Source: an uncultured virus (IMG/VR IMGVR_UViG_3300020046_001970) (lineage: Duplodnaviria > Heunggongvirae > Uroviricota > Caudoviricetes). Taken from it: a DNA stretch of 58,077 nt. The notes below the pieces were generated by a model that saw nothing but the letters and a program-made list of their open reading frames with translations, did not search any database and was not told where the DNA came from. The first letter of the stretch is position 1. Every line of letters begins with the position of its first letter. The stretch lies in IMG/VR virus record IMGVR_UViG_3300020046_001970, one strand, 5' to 3'. The position numbers and the translations under genes were made by a program. Shown piece after piece: positions 53,901 to 58,077 of this stretch.

Positions 53901-56900
53901 ATGGCTAAGGAACAGGTCGAAGTTGCATTCGAGATAGAGCTAAATACTCGCAAACTTGCGAGTAAGATGGCTATGTTCGACCGTTCCGTACAGAAGACCT
54001 CGAAAGACTTTGCGGGCCTAACGAGGAACGTCAAGCACTTTGCAAAGGACCAAGACTCTTCTCTCAAAAAAGCTGAGAAGGCCATGGAGCACTTTGAGGA
54101 GGTAGTCACAACCTCTGCGGCTAGAATGGAGGAAGAGCGTGTAAAGTACCTTCATTCTACGACTAAAGAGGAGAGAGCAGCTGCCTCTGATCGGATCAAG
54201 ATTCTGGAGGAGGAGAACGCTCAGGCCATTCGTATTGCGAGAGATGCAGCCAAAGAGGCTACTACTGAAGCTAAGAAAGCAGCTAAGTTCATAAAGCAGT
54301 CACTTACGCATAGAATGGACTTTGGGCAGCTTGCGAATCACTTTACGACAAGTTTCAAGAAGGAAACCGATTGGACGAAGTTCCGAGACACTATAGCGAC
54401 TGAGCTGAAGGGTGGTCTAGAGGATGGCTTCTCGTCCTTCAAAGGCAAAGATCTATCTGGTCTAATCAAAGGAGCAGGAAAGTTCAGTAGTGGTTTGCTG
54501 AAGGGAGTTGGGGGTACCGGAGCTGCTGCCTTATTTAAGGCTAACCAAGCTGCTCATGCTAAGAGTGAGGCTATGGGTGGTACCGGGGCTACCGGTACGA
54601 TAAGCGGGAAAGTACTCAAGGGGCTTGGGAATGGTTTAGCGGGTATGGGTAAGATGGTGGGTATGTTGGCTAAACTTGGCCCTCTTCTTGCTGGAGTAGC
54701 TGGGGCGTTTGCTGCTATCGTTTCTGTTATCCTAGGGATAGAGGATGCGGCAAAGGGTATGAATAAGGAGATCCTAGAGTCTGCTGGGTCAGCCGACATG
54801 CTGTATGCGAATGGTGGGGATGCCAACAAGTCATTCAATACCCTACGTAACACCTTAGATGATATTCGGTATTCTGCTACGGACGTTAAGAAGAACTTGC
54901 GGTTTGGGATGAAGGCTGAGGACATCCTAAATGTCACTAAGGGTTTTACTCAAGCAGGGGTAAGTCTAACGTCGCTTAATACCGCATTTGAGAATGCTGA
55001 GACGGCATCGAAGGGTGCTGGCTCTCAGATTCAGAATGCCGGAGACCTAGCTCGAATGAGCTTTGGCTACGCAAAGCTCTATGGTGTCAGTTTGTCTGAG
55101 GTTACGGATCTGCAAGCAGAGATGTTTACGGAGATGGGTACTGGTTTGTCTGGGGTTCAGTTGCAATTTGCTGCTATGGCAAAGGATGCTTCTGAGTCTG
55201 GCATCGCTACGAACAAGTTCTTTGGGATCATTCGCGGGATTTCCTCAGACTTATCCTTGTACACGACCCGTATTGGTCAGGCAACAGGGATGCTTAAGCT
55301 TCTGGGTAAGGCAATGTCTTCAAAAGAGGCTGGTAAGTTTATGCAAGGACTTACCAACAGTATGAAAGGCATGAGCGAGCAAGATCGTATACGCACGACC
55401 ATGCTGATCGGACAGGATAAGGCAAGGGGGATTGTGATGGAGGACCTTGCTCAAAAGAGCAAGTTTATGGCAGGGGAGCTTCAACGTAGCTTGGGAGGAA
55501 AGACAACCAAGTCACTTGAGGACATCTCAAAGTTAGTAGATGAAGCTCGTAATGGAAGTGAGGGGGCCAAAAAGGAGCTAAAGTCTATGTTCAAAGAGCT
55601 ACCTAAGGAGCAGCAAGGAGCCTTAAGTAGCGCGTTATTTGAGATGACTGCGGACACGCGGGCAAGCAAGCACGGCCCTGCTGGGATTGGAGAGGCAATG
55701 GCAAACCTTTCGGCTGGGGCAACGTATGAGGCCAAAAAAGCAGCCTTAGAGCGATTTGGAGGGGCTGGAAAAGTTTCTCAGATGTCTGGGATTCAAGGAA
55801 CTGCGGCTAGGCAGGCTGCTGGAGTTTCACTTGAGGAGTCGCGAGGAATTGGTAAACTAGAGGAGTCTATCGGAGACCAAAAAGATGACATAATCAAGTC
55901 ATTAGCCAACCCCTCGGCGGATCCCAAAGAGCTAGCCGCGCAACAACGCATCATTGGTCGTTTGAAGGATATGGGTATTACTGGGGAGGAGCAAATCAAG
56001 GCAGCTAAGACAAGTCAGATCCTAAATGCACTAGAAGTTTCCCCAGAAGATGCACTCAAGGAAGCTGGAAAGCAAACCGACTGGGCTGAAAAGACAGCTA
56101 ACCTTACTACTACAGTATCCGATAAGCTTGGTGTCATCGTAGAGGGAATTTTTGAGTTCCTCTACGTAGCTATGCGAGATGTCGTTGGGGACCTTGGGGA
56201 CCTTATTGACTTAATCGCATCATTTAGCTTGTTTAGCGGTAGTGGTTTGGGAGGAGCTAAACACCAAAGAGAGCAGTTAGCTGCAAGTACTAACAAGGAC
56301 AATAAGGGGTACACAAGCGTCCTTAGGGAGGCAAGAGGCGATAAGACAGCAATGCTTAGGGCAGCGCAGCCCATGATCTTTGCAGGAATTGACGCATCTA
56401 TTCAGTCCCAAAAAGCGAACATGGCTAACTACAGCGATGCCTCTCTTCAGGATAAGATGGGGGGTGCAGATGGAGCTTTTGCAAAGGACCTGAAGTTACT
56501 TGCAGCAAGTGGGGCAGACTTTGGTAGGGCTTCTTTCTTGAGTACTGACTTTCAAGATCAGGCAAGTCAAGACAAACAAGCTCTGTTTCAAAAAACACTA
56601 GCTGAAACTGGGGATGTGACAAAAGCTATGGGTTCGTCTGGTTTCACTCCGGAGGATGCAAAGAAGCTGTTTACGAACGCCATTACAACTCTTGGTGACG
56701 ATAAGTACTCAAGTACTTTGGCTAAATTGGAGACCGGGGTGGCTGGGAGTAAGCTTGTAGGTGGGGGGTCCCCTTCTGAGCAAGCTGCTGCGTCTGCTAA
56801 GGCCAAGGAGGCGGCAGTGCAGCCGCAAACAGCAAAATCAAGTGTGGCTCCAGGGGTAGCTACCCCATCGTCCGCATCTGCCACTCCAGCAACTGCGGCT

Positions 56901-57443
56901 GCGGTTACTGTTGGGAACAAGATGGCAGAGGTTACCGAGGAAGGCTCTATTGACGTTGTAGGCAGCTTGAAAGACCTTTGGACCTTGATGGCAACGAAGG
57001 GGATCAAGCTCAATAAGACTCAATTGGAGGGTGAGTACAAGAAGGTGATTCGAGATGGGGCGCTCGATGCAATCCGAACAGGGATGTTCGAGTATGCTAT
57101 GTATACCTCTGCGGATCCCACAAGAATCCTGGACCAAATCAAGAAAACAGGACTTCCTGAGGTAGGGGCTTTGGGTGCAGATTATGAGAAGAAAGCTAAA
57201 GCAAACGCAAGTGGTGGTCTGGTTACTGGCATTAGTGGGGGAATGGCTCAAATTTCTCCTGCGTCAGGGGAGGGTCTGGCTTCCATTGGTCGAGGGGAGC
57301 GCATTGTCCCCGCTGGAGGTGGTGGAGGTGGTAGTATCAACGTAAATGTGAATGGAATTGGTGGAGCTGACTTGGCAAACCTTATTCGAGGTAAGGTTGC
57401 TGAGGGGATCTACGAGTACAAGCGTAAGGAGAAGCTTACCTGA
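53901..57443 (+). CDS. Tape measure protein
   Basis: 1180 aa, helical A/G/K-rich, hydrophobic patch, C-terminal ASGG.V...GE..VP motif. Confidence 0.8.
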   Translation: MAKEQVEVAFEIELNTRKLASKMAMFDRSVQKTSKDFAGLTRNVKHFAKDQDSSLKKAEKAMEHFEEVVTTSAARMEEERVKYLHSTTKEERAAASDRIKILEEENAQAIRIARDAAKEATTEAKKAAKFIKQSLTHRMDFGQLANHFTTSFKKETDWTKFRDTIATELKGGLEDGFSSFKGKDLSGLIKGAGKFSSGLLKGVGGTGAAALFKANQAAHAKSEAMGGTGATGTISGKVLKGLGNGLAGMGKMVGMLAKLGPLLAGVAGAFAAIVSVILGIEDAAKGMNKEILESAGSADMLYANGGDANKSFNTLRNTLDDIRYSATDVKKNLRFGMKAEDILNVTKGFTQAGVSLTSLNTAFENAETASKGAGSQIQNAGDLARMSFGYAKLYGVSLSEVTDLQAEMFTEMGTGLSGVQLQFAAMAKDASESGIATNKFFGIIRGISSDLSLYTTRIGQATGMLKLLGKAMSSKEAGKFMQGLTNSMKGMSEQDRIRTTMLIGQDKARGIVMEDLAQKSKFMAGELQRSLGGKTTKSLEDISKLVDEARNGSEGAKKELKSMFKELPKEQQGALSSALFEMTADTRASKHGPAGIGEAMANLSAGATYEAKKAALERFGGAGKVSQMSGIQGTAARQAAGVSLEESRGIGKLEESIGDQKDDIIKSLANPSADPKELAAQQRIIGRLKDMGITGEEQIKAAKTSQILNALEVSPEDALKEAGKQTDWAEKTANLTTTVSDKLGVIVEGIFEFLYVAMRDVVGDLGDLIDLIASFSLFSGSGLGGAKHQREQLAASTNKDNKGYTSVLREARGDKTAMLRAAQPMIFAGIDASIQSQKANMANYSDASLQDKMGGADGAFAKDLKLLAASGADFGRASFLSTDFQDQASQDKQALFQKTLAETGDVTKAMGSSGFTPEDAKKLFTNAITTLGDDKYSSTLAKLETGVAGSKLVGGGSPSEQAAASAKAKEAAVQPQTAKSSVAPGVATPSSASATPATAAAVTVGNKMAEVTEEGSIDVVGSLKDLWTLMATKGIKLNKTQLEGEYKKVIRDGALDAIRTGMFEYAMYTSADPTRILDQIKKTGLPEVGALGADYEKKAKANASGGLVTGISGGMAQISPASGEGLASIGRGERIVPAGGGGGGSINVNVNGIGGADLANLIRGKVAEGIYEYKRKEKLT

Positions 57444-58077
57444 TGGCTTACATTCGATCAGCGAATCCAGCTAGGTTCAAGGCCCTTACGCAACCGGGGT
57501 TGGCTACCTACACTCATGGAGCTGAAAGTAGGACGGGGTACATACCTCTCGCCTTCCAGATCACAAGTCCTTACGACAAGCTCAAGGCTCTGCTACCTCA
57601 TGCCCTTATCGCTCATGTGAACCCTCGAAGCTTCGCAGAGACCTTCAACAAGAAGATCGAACGAATTCAGACCCGTGGGGGATTCGTTGAGCAGCACTGG
57701 GGGGATGACCTTGGAGAGATCAGCGTAGACCAATCCACTGGAGCCTTCGTCAACCTACAGGAAGGTCTCTCCTCAATTCTGCGTCATCGGACAATTGCTT
57801 GGGATCGATTTCGGGACTTGTACGACCTCTACCACAATAACGGCTCAGTCTACGACCCCTACGGAAATATCGTCCTTCAGGGTAATGTCATGTTGATGTA
57901 CGACCGAGGCACCTATCTTGGGTACTTCCGAACGTTCTCGGTTGAGGAGACAGAGACGAGCCCCTTTGCGTTCAATCTGTCCTGGACCTTCAAAGTTGTA
58001 GAAACCATCTTCCAGGTGCCGATGAATGCCGATGTGACGCAGGTGCGTTCCGTGGCATTCCAATCTCAAAATCAGAG
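57443..58077 (+). CDS. Baseplate hub/tube-initiator-like protein, 3' truncated, absent from the ORF track
   Basis: TGATG coupling. MAYIRSANP...VNPRSF.E.F.K.I...QTRGGFVEQHWG...YLGYF..F.V.E....PF.F...W.F stays open to the end of the window. Confidence 0.7.
   Translation, partial: MAYIRSANPARFKALTQPGLATYTHGAESRTGYIPLAFQITSPYDKLKALLPHALIAHVNPRSFAETFNKKIERIQTRGGFVEQHWGDDLGEISVDQSTGAFVNLQEGLSSILRHRTIAWDRFRDLYDLYHNNGSVYDPYGNIVLQGNVMLMYDRGTYLGYFRTFSVEETETSPFAFNLSWTFKVVETIFQVPMNADVTQVRSVAFQSQNQ

Noticed and set aside
1..58077. Stop-codon reassignment
   Set aside because: Genes are long and intact under code 11; TAA, TAG and TGA all end genes at sensible boundaries.

Overview
This is a 58 kb segment of a large, probably jumbo, contractile-tailed phage. 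It is almost entirely coding on the + strand and covers the virion morphogenesis region. In order: intein-containing prohead protease (5' truncated), Q-rich scaffold-like protein, decoration protein, HK97-fold major capsid protein, fibre/decoration paralogs, neck proteins, a 1429-aa tail sheath, tail tube, chaperone-like genes (one spans a 645-nt N gap), tape measure and a truncated baseplate-hub-like gene. Interleaved are HU, Dps, NADAR, a volactin-like actin, a UvrD/PcrA helicase and about nine homing-endonuclease-type elements. Most notable: (1) a recurrent K/R-x-A motif at module boundaries of the scaffold and of many non-structural proteins, suggesting a protease-processed capsid-cargo system; (2) two related N4/N6 DNA methyltransferases fused to different homing-nuclease folds, inserted behind the capsid and sheath genes; (3) a candidate phage-specific promoter WTCTWCTTRT lying 13-15 nt before apparently leaderless starts; (4) recoded or duplicated gene ends next to the endonucleases; (5) CTAG abundance with a ~3.7 kb CTAG-free helicase tract. 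All family calls come from motif recognition by eye. No database search was run.
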